Source: Ignavibacteriota bacterium | GTDB taxonomy: Bacteria; Bacteroidota; Ignavibacteria; UBA10030 | DNA length: 64,000 nt | Reading direction: 5' to 3' | NCBI GenBank assembly: GCA_963701295.1 | Contig: OY969585.1 | Location: forward strand, 1,248,001-1,312,000 | Shown: one piece after another, positions 39,826 to 49,644 of the stretch | Layout of the letters: each line of letters starts with the position of its first letter | How positions within the stretch are numbered: position 1 is the first letter of the stretch | The notes under the pieces: generated by a model | What the model saw: the letters and a program-made list of their open reading frames with translations, nothing else | Told to the model about the DNA's origin: nothing | Databases searched by the model: none | Program-made: the position numbers and the translations under genes

Positions 39826-41211
39826 TTACTGTTTGTTCTTTATTTGATTTAAAAACTCTTCACCGTATTTCCAGATATCACCTGCACCCATGGTTATTAC
39901 GATATCACCCGGTTTTACGATAGACTTCAGAAAAGTAGCAACCTCTTTTTTATCCGGAACATAGTGAACATCCTTGTGACCAAATTGTTTTGCTGCATTT
40001 ACAATTAACTCGCCGTTCACTCCCTGTATCGGTTCCTCGCGCGCAGGGTATACATCCGTAACAACCAGCACATCTGATAACAGGAACGACTTGCCGAAGT
40101 CTTCATAGAAATCGCGCGTACGGCTGTACAGATGCGGTTGGAAAACACATACCACCCGTCGCCGCCAACCTGACTTCACGCCGGAAAGCGTAGCCCTGCA
40201 TTCCGTTGGATGATGTGCGTAATCGTCGTACAAAGCAATATCGTTCACTTCGCCTTTCTTTTCCCAACGCCGATAGACGCCAGCAAATTTCTCGATGCCA
40301 GCTTTGATCTTTTTAAATGGTATGCCAAGTTCCAATGCGACAGTGATTGCACCCAGCGAATTCTGTACGTTATGGATGCCCGGCACCTGAAGCATGATTG
40401 TGCCTAGTTCATGATTATTACGAACAAGCGTGTACGTGGTTGAGTTATCCTTGTGTCGGATGTCCACCGCTTGAACGTCCCCTTGCGGGTTAAGACCATA
40501 GGTGACAATTTTCTTTTTGCTCAAGTGTGGCATAATATCCAACAATGCTGGTTCATCGAGGCAGAGAACAATGAATCCGTAGAATGGTACTTTTGATGCA
40601 AACTGGATAAATGCACTTTTGATATCTTCCAAATCACGATAACAATCAAGATGGTCGGTTTCGAGTGTGGTCAACACGGCAATGGTCGGTGTGATGGACA
40701 GGAATGACCGATCGTATTCATCCGCCTCTACAACAATGAATTCACCTTGCCCAAGACGCGCATTCGTACCGCCTAATCCGCTTAATTTACCGCCGACAAT
40801 AACTGTTGGATCAAGTCCGCCTTCCATCAGTACAAGACTTGTCATCGAAGTCGTCGTTGTCTTTCCGTGAGTGCCAGCGATGCCGATGCCATATTTTAGC
40901 CGCATAACTTCAGCAAGCATTTCGGCCCGACGCACGATGGGAATGGTTCGCTTCTGGGCGTCGAGAATTTCTGGGTTATCCGGTTGTACCGCAGAAGAGT
41001 ACACAACGGTGTCTACATCTTGCGCTATATTTTCTGCACGATGCCCTTCGAATATACTGGCGCCAAGTTTTTGGAGACGTTCCGTCACTTCAGAAAGCGC
41101 GCGATCGGAGCCGCTAACCTTAAATCCCTGATCGAGCAGAATTTCAGCTATGCCACTCATCCCTATACCGCCGATACCAATGAAATGTAATTTCTTGATA
41201 GAACGAAACAT
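39826..41211 (-). CDS. murC: UDP-N-acetylmuramate--L-alanine ligase
   Basis: GIGGIGMSG, GTHGKTTTT, EADEYD, DDYAHHPTE, FQPHLYSRT. Confidence 0.98.
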   Translation of the reverse strand: MFRSIKKLHFIGIGGIGMSGIAEILLDQGFKVSGSDRALSEVTERLQKLGASIFEGHRAENIAQDVDTVVYSSAVQPDNPEILDAQKRTIPIVRRAEMLAEVMRLKYGIGIAGTHGKTTTTSMTSLVLMEGGLDPTVIVGGKLSGLGGTNARLGQGEFIVVEADEYDRSFLSITPTIAVLTTLETDHLDCYRDLEDIKSAFIQFASKVPFYGFIVLCLDEPALLDIMPHLSKKKIVTYGLNPQGDVQAVDIRHKDNSTTYTLVRNNHELGTIMLQVPGIHNVQNSLGAITVALELGIPFKKIKAGIEKFAGVYRRWEKKGEVNDIALYDDYAHHPTECRATLSGVKSGWRRRVVCVFQPHLYSRTRDFYEDFGKSFLLSDVLVVTDVYPAREEPIQGVNGELIVNAAKQFGHKDVHYVPDKKEVATFLKSIVKPGDIVITMGAGDIWKYGEEFLNQIKNKQ

Positions 41212-41214
41212 CTG

Positions 41215-41739
41215 TTATGATTCCCGTTGAAAGAAAGTTGAATGCTGTCTGTACCGTCTGATGTCAAAACGACGTTGCTTTTTACCGGGCACTATTTTTG
41301 CGATTTTTTCCATCTCAACAACAAGCTCACGATTATGTTCATATCGTCCAACTCGAATTCGAATTGGAATCGCTCGGCTTTTCATCTTGATGGAAATTTG
41401 TTGAAAACGCCCGGCCGTTTGTACTAATCGTTCCTTGCCAATGTGCATCCATTCGATTTCTTTGATTTCAAAAATTCGTTCCCGATGCCGCGAATGAAAT
41501 ACCATTTGTTCTGAGGTCATGATGAATTTTCGATCGCGCCAGATATTGAGAACCAATACAATTGAGGAAATACTAAAAAAGAGCACGATGATGTATACAA
41601 TGGGATCCTTAAATACGAAACTAAACTCGTTTTCCACAAAACTCCCACGGATGCCAGCGTACAATACCATTGTTAGAAGATATATTAGTGTTTGCTGGTA
41701 ATAAAAATCGAGCTTATATTTGAATGTTTTCCCGTTCAT
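41215..41739 (-). CDS. Hypothetical two-TM membrane protein within the dcw cluster
   Basis: Two hydrophobic helices then a basic soluble domain; 2-3 bp from murG and murC. Confidence 0.75.
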   Translation of the reverse strand: MNGKTFKYKLDFYYQQTLIYLLTMVLYAGIRGSFVENEFSFVFKDPIVYIIVLFFSISSIVLVLNIWRDRKFIMTSEQMVFHSRHRERIFEIKEIEWMHIGKERLVQTAGRFQQISIKMKSRAIPIRIRVGRYEHNRELVVEMEKIAKIVPGKKQRRFDIRRYRQHSTFFQRES

Positions 41740-41741
41740 GA

Positions 41742-42836
41742 TTACTTCACTATATCAAGAATTCGATATGCAATCTCAGTGCCTGCATTAGGTTTCCCAA
41801 GCTTTCGGCAAGCTTCGTTCATCCGCTGCCGTTTCTTGTCATCGCTCAATAAAGAAATCACTTCATCTTTTAACATTGTCTTCACATTCCGATCTGTTAT
41901 CATAATTGCCGCTCCGGCATCGACCAATGATCGTGCATTAAATGTTTGATGATCCGCCGTCGCGTACGGATAGGGCACAAGGATCGCTACTTTGCCTAGA
42001 CGTGTCAATTCTGCCAGTGTTGTTGCTCCGGCACGGCAAACAACAATGTCAGCGGCGGCAAACGCGTATTCCATTTTATCGATGAATACGCCAACCCACG
42101 TATTCTTTTTTGTTTTCATTTCATCCACGAGTATCGTGTCTGATTTTCCTGTTTGCCATATAAACTGTATTCCAGCATCTGTCAATTCATGTATCATTTC
42201 TCTCACAGCCAGATTGATGGATGTTGCACCGAGACTTCCGCCAAATATGAGCACTGTTTTTTTCGATGGATCGAGATTGAAAAATCGAATTCCGTGTTCG
42301 TGTGATATTGTACCAAGTACGTTTCGTGTTGGTGTACCAATAAGTTCGACATTGTCTTTTTGCTTCAGCCATTGCTTTGTTGCATTGAATGCTGTAAATA
42401 TTCTTGTTGCCCTCGTTGAAAGTAACCGTGTTGTCACTCCCGGGTAACTGTTCGACTCGTGAATTATGGTCGGAATTCCAAGCATCGATGCAATATATAA
42501 TACCGGTCCGCATACATAGCCGCCGGTTCCGATCACCACATTCGGCTGAAACTTTCTTATGAGAAAGAACGATTGAACAAGTGAAACGACTCCTTTTATC
42601 AGAAACAGCAAAGTATCCATTCGAAAGCTACGATGGAATCCACTGATCCAGATATTTGCAAACGCATATCCTCGCTGAGGAACAATGCGCGCTTCAATTT
42701 TTCCTTTGGTGCCGATAAACAAGAATTCTGCATTTGGATTCACTTTTCTTATTTCATCTGCGATGGCGATTGCCGGAAATACATGACCGCCGGTTCCGCC
42801 TGCCGCGATGAGAATTCTCAGTTTCTCTTTCAGCAC
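41742..42836 (-). CDS. murG: Undecaprenyl-PP-MurNAc-pentapeptide GlcNAc transferase
   Basis: GGTGGHVFP, GGYV, HESN, GGSLGA, RAGATTLAE, HQTFNA. Confidence 0.98.
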   Translation of the reverse strand: MLKEKLRILIAAGGTGGHVFPAIAIADEIRKVNPNAEFLFIGTKGKIEARIVPQRGYAFANIWISGFHRSFRMDTLLFLIKGVVSLVQSFFLIRKFQPNVVIGTGGYVCGPVLYIASMLGIPTIIHESNSYPGVTTRLLSTRATRIFTAFNATKQWLKQKDNVELIGTPTRNVLGTISHEHGIRFFNLDPSKKTVLIFGGSLGATSINLAVREMIHELTDAGIQFIWQTGKSDTILVDEMKTKKNTWVGVFIDKMEYAFAAADIVVCRAGATTLAELTRLGKVAILVPYPYATADHQTFNARSLVDAGAAIMITDRNVKTMLKDEVISLLSDDKKRQRMNEACRKLGKPNAGTEIAYRILDIVK

Positions 42837-42839
42837 TCT

Positions 42840-44027
42840 TTAATACACTTTTCCGAGATCCGTCTCCGGTGTAAGTGTCGACACGTCGCTTTCTATGGAT
42901 TTAACCATCCGTGGATGCAAATCCGTGTGCGCTGAAATATTCAGTAGCACGCCGATGGAAAACGCCGACAGCATCAAAGACGAACCTCCATAACTGATAA
43001 ATGGCATCGGTAAACCTGTGGTAGGAAAAATTCCCAATGCCACACTCGCATTCACTAATGCATACAACGTAATTGTGCTTGTAATAGCAATAGCAAGAAA
43101 TCGGGCGAAGTCATCTTTTGCGTATTTCGCAATCCGAAAACCGCGCAGCATCACAAATAAAAATGCACACAGCACGACGAATGTACCGAGCAATCCATAT
43201 TCTTCTCCGACAATGGAATAAATAAAGTCATTGTATGATTCGGGCAAAAACAAATCACGTTGTCGGCTCTCGCCAGGACCGACGCCGAATAATCCGCCAT
43301 TACCGAAGCCGATAATACCTTGCCAGAGTTGATAATTATGTTTGCTGTTCGGATCTCCTTGTACGAAATGCATGATGCGCTGCAACTGATAGGGACGTTT
43401 CAATACATATGCCATAAACAGCACATAGAGAGTAAACAGACAGATGGCAACGAGAATCATTCCGAGAAGATGTGGAAGTCGGACACGGCCGACATACAGG
43501 AGCACAACCGTCAGCACAAACAGCATCAAACTCGTGCTGAGATTGGGTTGTGCAAGCACTAACCCGGTAACAGTCCCAATCCAGATGATGACAGGGAGAA
43601 ATCCTTTTTTAAAATCTCTGATAGTTTCACCTTTTGTTGCAAGCAAAAGACTTATATGGAACAGCAACGCAAATTTTGCAAATTCTGACGGCTGAAATCC
43701 TAATCCGCCGAAGCGAAGCCAACGAACGGCACCTTTCGCTTCACCTCCGAGCACGAAAGTGATAATTAAAAATAACACGGAGATCATAAGCGCAAGCTTT
43801 GTAAATTTCCTATAGAAACCATATGGAATGCTCAAACCTACAAACAATGCACTAATGCTGAGCAATACTTTGATTGCATGCAGGTCGAGATAATGACTTT
43901 GAGTCTCGAAGCGCTTCAATGACCATTCTGCAGATGCGCTATAAACGACGCCGAGACTAACAACCATCAGTCCGAGCACGACAATGAGCAACCAAATGTC
44001 AATATGATTTCGTTGAATCTTCAGCAT
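42840..44027 (-). CDS. ftsW: Peptidoglycan glycosyltransferase FtsW
   Basis: GAVRWL, QPSEFAK, LPESYNDFI, PFISYGGSS; between murD and murG. Confidence 0.95.
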   Translation of the reverse strand: MLKIQRNHIDIWLLIVVLGLMVVSLGVVYSASAEWSLKRFETQSHYLDLHAIKVLLSISALFVGLSIPYGFYRKFTKLALMISVLFLIITFVLGGEAKGAVRWLRFGGLGFQPSEFAKFALLFHISLLLATKGETIRDFKKGFLPVIIWIGTVTGLVLAQPNLSTSLMLFVLTVVLLYVGRVRLPHLLGMILVAICLFTLYVLFMAYVLKRPYQLQRIMHFVQGDPNSKHNYQLWQGIIGFGNGGLFGVGPGESRQRDLFLPESYNDFIYSIVGEEYGLLGTFVVLCAFLFVMLRGFRIAKYAKDDFARFLAIAITSTITLYALVNASVALGIFPTTGLPMPFISYGGSSLMLSAFSIGVLLNISAHTDLHPRMVKSIESDVSTLTPETDLGKVY

Positions 44028-44127
44028 TGATTATTCTGATGACGTGGTTGTTTCGCAGATAACAGATTATACAGATTTATATTCCGCGAATTTAACAATC
44101 TTTGTACAGTTAATGATATCTTTGAAA

Positions 44128-45483
44128 TCATAAATTCTTTACAAGTTCTTTGAACACTTGACCGCGGTGTTCATAATTCTTAAACCAGTCGAACGACGCG
44201 CATGCCGGCGAAAGGAGAACCACATCTCCAGATTGTGCGAGGGACCGAGCTGTCGCGACTGCTTCATCCATCGATGCTGTCTTTGTAATGGTGGACGTTC
44301 CACGAAATGCTTGTTCTACTTTATCTGCCGATTCGCCGATGGCAACAATCGCCTTCACTTGGTTCTTCACAAGTTTGGCTAATCGGGAATAGTCATTTCC
44401 TTTATCACGACCTCCAAGGAGCAGCACAATCGGTTCCTTGAATGCTTGCAGCGCGTACCATACCGAATCCACATTAGTAGCCTTCGAATCGTTATAATAG
44501 CGAACGCTGTTAAGTTCTCGAACAAACTCCAGACGATGTTCAACTCCTTCGAATGTCTTCAATGTCAATTGAAGCGAATCTGCCTCAACTCCAAGCAGTT
44601 GTCCTGCAAGCGCTGCTGCCATCGAATTATAAAGATTGTGTCTGCCTTTGATGAAAATCTGATTGATGTCGATAATTTCCGTCTTGACTCCTCCAAGAGA
44701 AATGACAAGCTTTTCGTTTTCAACGAATGCACCTTCGTTCAATTTTTGCTGTATGCTGAAAGCAACCTTACGGCTTTGTGCTTGAGAAACAACTCGGTTT
44801 GTCCATTCATCATCTACGTTGTAGATGAGCACATCATCAGACTGCTGATTCTTAAAGATTCGTGCTTTGGAAGCCGCATACTTCTCCATCGAGTGGTCGT
44901 ACCGATCCATGTGATCCGGTGTTATATTGAGCAGAATTGAAATCTTTGGCCGGAAAGCATCGATATGATCCAATTGAAAGCTGCTCACTTCCAGAACGAC
45001 AATATCTGTTTCAGCCAGCTCCAAAACGATAGATGAGAATGCCGTTCCAATGTTACCAGCAACAACATGTTTTTTCTTTGCATGGTCGAGTATCCTTCCA
45101 ATTAAAGTTGTGGTTGTCGTTTTTCCGTTGCTACCGGTAATTGCCACAATGGGTGACCGGCAAAACCAACTACTAACTTCAAGTTCACTGACAACTTGAA
45201 TACTGCGTTTCCGTGCTTCAAGAACAACAAGCGCGTTGCTTGGAACACCAGGGCTAATCACCATTAACTCGCAATCATAGACATGATTGGAATGCTTGCC
45301 GACCTCAAATTCAATTTTTTCAAAATGAAGGTCGGAAATTGAGGATTTCAATTTCTCTGCCGATGAAGAGTCGCTTATAAACACATCAGCTCCTTGCGAA
45401 TGCAGCAGTTTTGCAACTGCTACGCCGCTACGCGCTCCGCCAATGACAGATATTTTTTTTCTATGAAGACGTGTAATGTTCAT
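44128..45483 (-). CDS. murD: UDP-MurNAc-L-Ala--D-glutamate ligase
   Basis: ITGSNGKTTT, EVSSFQL, DHMDRY, NDSKATN, LSPACASFD. Confidence 0.98.
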   Translation of the reverse strand: MNITRLHRKKISVIGGARSGVAVAKLLHSQGADVFISDSSSAEKLKSSISDLHFEKIEFEVGKHSNHVYDCELMVISPGVPSNALVVLEARKRSIQVVSELEVSSWFCRSPIVAITGSNGKTTTTTLIGRILDHAKKKHVVAGNIGTAFSSIVLELAETDIVVLEVSSFQLDHIDAFRPKISILLNITPDHMDRYDHSMEKYAASKARIFKNQQSDDVLIYNVDDEWTNRVVSQAQSRKVAFSIQQKLNEGAFVENEKLVISLGGVKTEIIDINQIFIKGRHNLYNSMAAALAGQLLGVEADSLQLTLKTFEGVEHRLEFVRELNSVRYYNDSKATNVDSVWYALQAFKEPIVLLLGGRDKGNDYSRLAKLVKNQVKAIVAIGESADKVEQAFRGTSTITKTASMDEAVATARSLAQSGDVVLLSPACASFDWFKNYEHRGQVFKELVKNL

Positions 45484-45491
45484 TCTGAAAA

Positions 45492-46616
45492 TTATCGCAC
45501 TTTAAACGTTGCCAAACTTAATATCATCAGCAAAATGGCAATGATATAAAACCTTGTTACAATCTTTGGCTCTGCCCAGCCGAGCAGTTCAAAATGGTGA
45601 TGAATAGGCGCCATTTTGAAGACGCGCCTGCCTTCACCGTAGCGTCTCTTAGTATATTTAAAATAGAATCGCTGAATAATAACCGACACTGTTTCCATCA
45701 AAAATACACCGCCGAGTGTCGGCAGCAATAATTCCTTTTTAATAAGGACGCACATAGCACCAATAACACCGCCAAGTGCGAGCGACCCGGTATCGCCCAT
45801 AAATATTTCCGCCGGATGTGAATTGAACCAGAGAAATCCTAAAGCTGCGCCTGTGATTGCTGCACAATAAATTGTCAGCTCACCGTTTCCGCGAAGATAG
45901 GGAATAGTGAGATATTGGCTCCAAATTGCATGCCCTGATACATATGTTATGATGGCGAGTGTAAAGCAAACAATACCAACATTGCCGATAGCTAGTCCAT
46001 CGAGTCCATCTGTTAAATTTACAGCATTCGATGTTGCGGTAATGACGAAAACTACCATCGGTATATAAAATATCCCAAAATCGAATTCAAGATATTTAAA
46101 GAATGGAACTGTCGTGGTTGATTTTAACCGAACTAACTCCGGATCGATCCATTGCGGGAAAAAATAGATCACACTGCCGACAATCAATCCCACAAGAACT
46201 TGACCGACAATCTTGTACTTGCCGATGAGTCCTTTTGGTTTTTTTCTGACTACTTTTAAATAGTCGTCTAAAAATCCAACAGTGCCGAGTGTTACCGTAA
46301 CAAAGAGAATGAGCAAAATATACACATTCTTAAGATCTGTCCAGAGTAGCGCAGGAATCACAACCGAGAGAAGAACAATCAGTCCGCCCATGGTCGGAGT
46401 GCCGGCTTTTATGAGATGTGTTTTGGGTGCTTCAAGTTTTGCTGCCTCGCCGATCTGGAGTTCACGTAGCTTACGAATGATTTTCGGTCCCAGCCAGAAT
46501 GAAATAATTAACGCTGTCACTGCGGCGGCGCCGGCGCGAAAGGTGATGTATCGGAAAACACCAAAACCTGGAAAGGCAAATGTTCTATGCAAATATGTAA
46601 AAAAATAGAACAGCAT
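45492..46616 (-). CDS. mraY: Phospho-MurNAc-pentapeptide transferase
   Basis: GTPTMGG, NAVNLTDGLDGL, FMGDTGS, MAPIHHHFE. Confidence 0.98.
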   Translation of the reverse strand: MLFYFFTYLHRTFAFPGFGVFRYITFRAGAAAVTALIISFWLGPKIIRKLRELQIGEAAKLEAPKTHLIKAGTPTMGGLIVLLSVVIPALLWTDLKNVYILLILFVTVTLGTVGFLDDYLKVVRKKPKGLIGKYKIVGQVLVGLIVGSVIYFFPQWIDPELVRLKSTTTVPFFKYLEFDFGIFYIPMVVFVITATSNAVNLTDGLDGLAIGNVGIVCFTLAIITYVSGHAIWSQYLTIPYLRGNGELTIYCAAITGAALGFLWFNSHPAEIFMGDTGSLALGGVIGAMCVLIKKELLLPTLGGVFLMETVSVIIQRFYFKYTKRRYGEGRRVFKMAPIHHHFELLGWAEPKIVTRFYIIAILLMILSLATFKVR

Positions 46617-46619
46617 CAG

Positions 46620-48032
46620 TTATGATTCTCCCTTTTGTGAAAAATGCTCATCGAGAGCGAAAACTACTTCTTCCATTTTCATTCCGCGCGACCCTTTGAT
46701 GAGAACAATATCACCATCATCGAGTGTATGAAGCAAATGTTCGATAAGCAGGGTTTTATTTTCAAAATGTCCTTTGGTCTCCACGGACGCAGCATCATAT
46801 GTATGCTTTGAGAGTGCGCCAACGGTAAAAAGAATATCAACATTGTACTGAGCAAGGGCTTTTCCAATTTGTTGATGTAACTCTTCTGATTGATGTCCGA
46901 GTTCCAGCATATCAGACAGCACTACAATCTTCTTCCCCTTTGATACTATGGTATGCAGCGTTGCTAATGCTGCACAAGTGGAATCGGGATTTGCATTGTA
47001 TGTATCATTCAAGATGGTTATTTTTGCAATCTGATGAATTTGCATCCTTTTGCTGACTGATTGGAATGAACTAAGAGCTTTTTGAATATTTACACGCGGT
47101 ACTTTCAAAGCAAGACCCACTGCTGTTGCAGCAAGAGCATTCTGTGCATTATGTTCTCCGGGAGCACCCACAGTGATGTCGAATGCCTTCTTGGCTCGTG
47201 GTTTCACTCGCAAGAGGGCTTGAGCATTCGCGTTATATGATTCTACTGTTCCCTTGATGGATACGCCGCGAGATGAGAATCCGTAACGCACTCTTTTCTT
47301 TAACCTCTTTGTTAAATATGCAAGATTCTTGTCATCCGTATTGACGAAAGAAGTACCGTTGTGCTTTGCCAGCCAATCAAAGAGTTCACCCTCAGCATTA
47401 GCGACGCCTTCTATCGAGCTGAAGAATTCCAGATGCTCACGACCAATGTTGGTGATTAATCCGTGTGTTGGTTCTAAAACGGTGCAGAGATATTTAATTT
47501 CGCCCGGATGATTAGTGCCGATTTCGATAACTGCGATCTCATTTCTTTTCTTTAAGCGAAAGAGTGTCTGCGGCACACCTATATGATTGTTGAGATTTCC
47601 TTCTGTGCACAACACGTTATATTTTTGACTGAGGATATCCTTCAGCATTTCTTTTGTTGTTGTCTTCCCGTTAGATCCGCCCACTGCAATAAACGGAATG
47701 GCGTACTTTCGTCGATACACCCTAGCAAGATATCCAAGAGCATGGATAGTGTTTTCGACGATGAGTCTGGGGATATGGATGCTCACCATCATTGTTGCAT
47801 TCGCTTCTGCCCATCGGCGCTCAACAATAATACCGCCTGCACCCATTTCGATTGCTTTGGAAATAAAATTATGTCCGTCGAATTGATTACCTCGAATGGC
47901 GATGAAGAGTTCACCTGTCTTAATAGTCCGTGAATTAATCGAAATACCGGGGATTCTAAAATTCTTCAGTCCATCAAACCCAATCGCTTTCTGATGCGGA
48001 AGTGCGAGGATGTCGGGCTTGGTCAATTTCAT
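46620..48032 (-). CDS. murF: UDP-MurNAc-tripeptide--D-Ala-D-Ala ligase
   Basis: GSNGKTTTKE, NNHIGVP, NDTYNANP, DMLELG, KGSRG. Confidence 0.97.
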   Translation of the reverse strand: MKLTKPDILALPHQKAIGFDGLKNFRIPGISINSRTIKTGELFIAIRGNQFDGHNFISKAIEMGAGGIIVERRWAEANATMMVSIHIPRLIVENTIHALGYLARVYRRKYAIPFIAVGGSNGKTTTKEMLKDILSQKYNVLCTEGNLNNHIGVPQTLFRLKKRNEIAVIEIGTNHPGEIKYLCTVLEPTHGLITNIGREHLEFFSSIEGVANAEGELFDWLAKHNGTSFVNTDDKNLAYLTKRLKKRVRYGFSSRGVSIKGTVESYNANAQALLRVKPRAKKAFDITVGAPGEHNAQNALAATAVGLALKVPRVNIQKALSSFQSVSKRMQIHQIAKITILNDTYNANPDSTCAALATLHTIVSKGKKIVVLSDMLELGHQSEELHQQIGKALAQYNVDILFTVGALSKHTYDAASVETKGHFENKTLLIEHLLHTLDDGDIVLIKGSRGMKMEEVVFALDEHFSQKGES

Positions 48033-48135
48033 TATTGTGCGCTCAGAATATTTTTATGAAACGCAGACCATTGAATCCACAGACGACACATCTGTGAAAT
48101 TCTGGATCTGTCGAAAATCAGAGTTATCAGTGCAA

Positions 48136-49632
48136 TCATAAAAGATTTTCCAGAACTTCGCGATCACTGAAATGGATTTTCTCTTGACCAACTACCTGAT
48201 AATCCTCGTGCCCTTTTCCTGCAACGAGAATGACGTCACCGCGCTGTGCACAATTGACAGCACGTTCAATTGCTGTTCTCCTGTCTATTTCACGTAACAC
48301 ACTTGCGTGACGAATAACACCGTGCATAATGTCATCAATAATTTTTTCTGGATTTTCAGTCCTCGGATTATCAGTCGTTACGATGACAATATCGCTATAT
48401 TCGCCTGCAATACGACCCATCAATGGGCGTTTAGCTTTATCACGATCACCTCCCGCACCAAACACAGTTATAATACGGCCTCGATTTTGTGTCGGCAGAA
48501 TTTCGTGAATGGTTTTCAGGCAATTCTCAAGCGCGTCCGGTGTGTGTGCGTAATCGATGATTCCGGTCCATCCTTTAGGAGAAACAATACGTTCAAATCT
48601 CCCGCGAACATTTTTTAGATTGTTGATACCAGTTATAATTTGTTCGCGTGGAATTCCAAGTGCAATACCGGCAGAATATGCTGCGAGGACATTATAAACG
48701 TTAAACTTTCCAATAAGCGGCATGGTGAATGTGAATTCTCCGTGTCCATTGCTCAGCGTAAGCGCTGTTCCCGTGATGCTAAACTTCATATTTTTTACTT
48801 GAACATCGGCGGCAGAGGTAATACCGTAAGAAATTGCTTTTGTGGTGATAGCGTCTCGTATTTGAACTCCTCTCCGATCATCATGGTTGATGACGGCACA
48901 ACCAGATGGCTTCAAATCCATAAAAAGAGTTTTCTTTGCTTCGAAATACTTTTCCATTGTTCCATGATAATCGAGATGATCTTGTGTCAGATTTGTGAAA
49001 ATTGCAACATTGAAGTCGAGTCCGTAGACACGGGACTGATCCAGTGCATGCGAAGAGATCTCCATCGATACCGATGTGCATTTTTCCTCTACCATCGAAG
49101 CAAATAGTTCGTTGAGCTCAAGCGATTCTGGTGTTGTATGCGTAGCTGGAATGACACGGTCGCCGATTTTATATTCAATTGTCCCGACCAAGCCAACCTT
49201 CTCTCCGGCAGCTTCCAGAATCGACTTCACCAGGTGAGAGGTAGTAGTTTTTCCGTTTGTACCAGTTACACCGATAAATTTTAATTTCTTTGATGGATGA
49301 CCATAAAAATTCGACGACATCATAGCAAGTGTTTTTCGCGTATCGGGTACTACAACTTTGATAACACCAACATGCATACAGAACGAATCTGGAAGTGCAT
49401 TATCATCTTGTAGGACAACAACTTTCACGCCTTGATTGATAGCACCCTGAAGATAGGCATGTCCGTCACTTGTCGTTCCCTTGAGTGCGACAAAGCAATC
49501 ATCGCGCTGAACTTTCCGTGAGTCGTACTGGAGTTTGTTGATTTCCACTTCATGTGTAACGACCATCTGCCCGTACATCGTTTGGAACAATTTGGAAACC
49601 GTAACACCTTCGAGTAGTTGAGAGAGTTTCAT
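48136..49632 (-). CDS. murE: UDP-MurNAc-dipeptide--meso-DAP ligase
   Basis: GTNGKTT, DHLDYH, DYAHTPDAL, DNPR (DAP-specific), AGKGHE. Confidence 0.98.
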   Translation of the reverse strand: MKLSQLLEGVTVSKLFQTMYGQMVVTHEVEINKLQYDSRKVQRDDCFVALKGTTSDGHAYLQGAINQGVKVVVLQDDNALPDSFCMHVGVIKVVVPDTRKTLAMMSSNFYGHPSKKLKFIGVTGTNGKTTTSHLVKSILEAAGEKVGLVGTIEYKIGDRVIPATHTTPESLELNELFASMVEEKCTSVSMEISSHALDQSRVYGLDFNVAIFTNLTQDHLDYHGTMEKYFEAKKTLFMDLKPSGCAVINHDDRRGVQIRDAITTKAISYGITSAADVQVKNMKFSITGTALTLSNGHGEFTFTMPLIGKFNVYNVLAAYSAGIALGIPREQIITGINNLKNVRGRFERIVSPKGWTGIIDYAHTPDALENCLKTIHEILPTQNRGRIITVFGAGGDRDKAKRPLMGRIAGEYSDIVIVTTDNPRTENPEKIIDDIMHGVIRHASVLREIDRRTAIERAVNCAQRGDVILVAGKGHEDYQVVGQEKIHFSDREVLENLL

Positions 49633-49644
49633 AAGCAGATCAAT

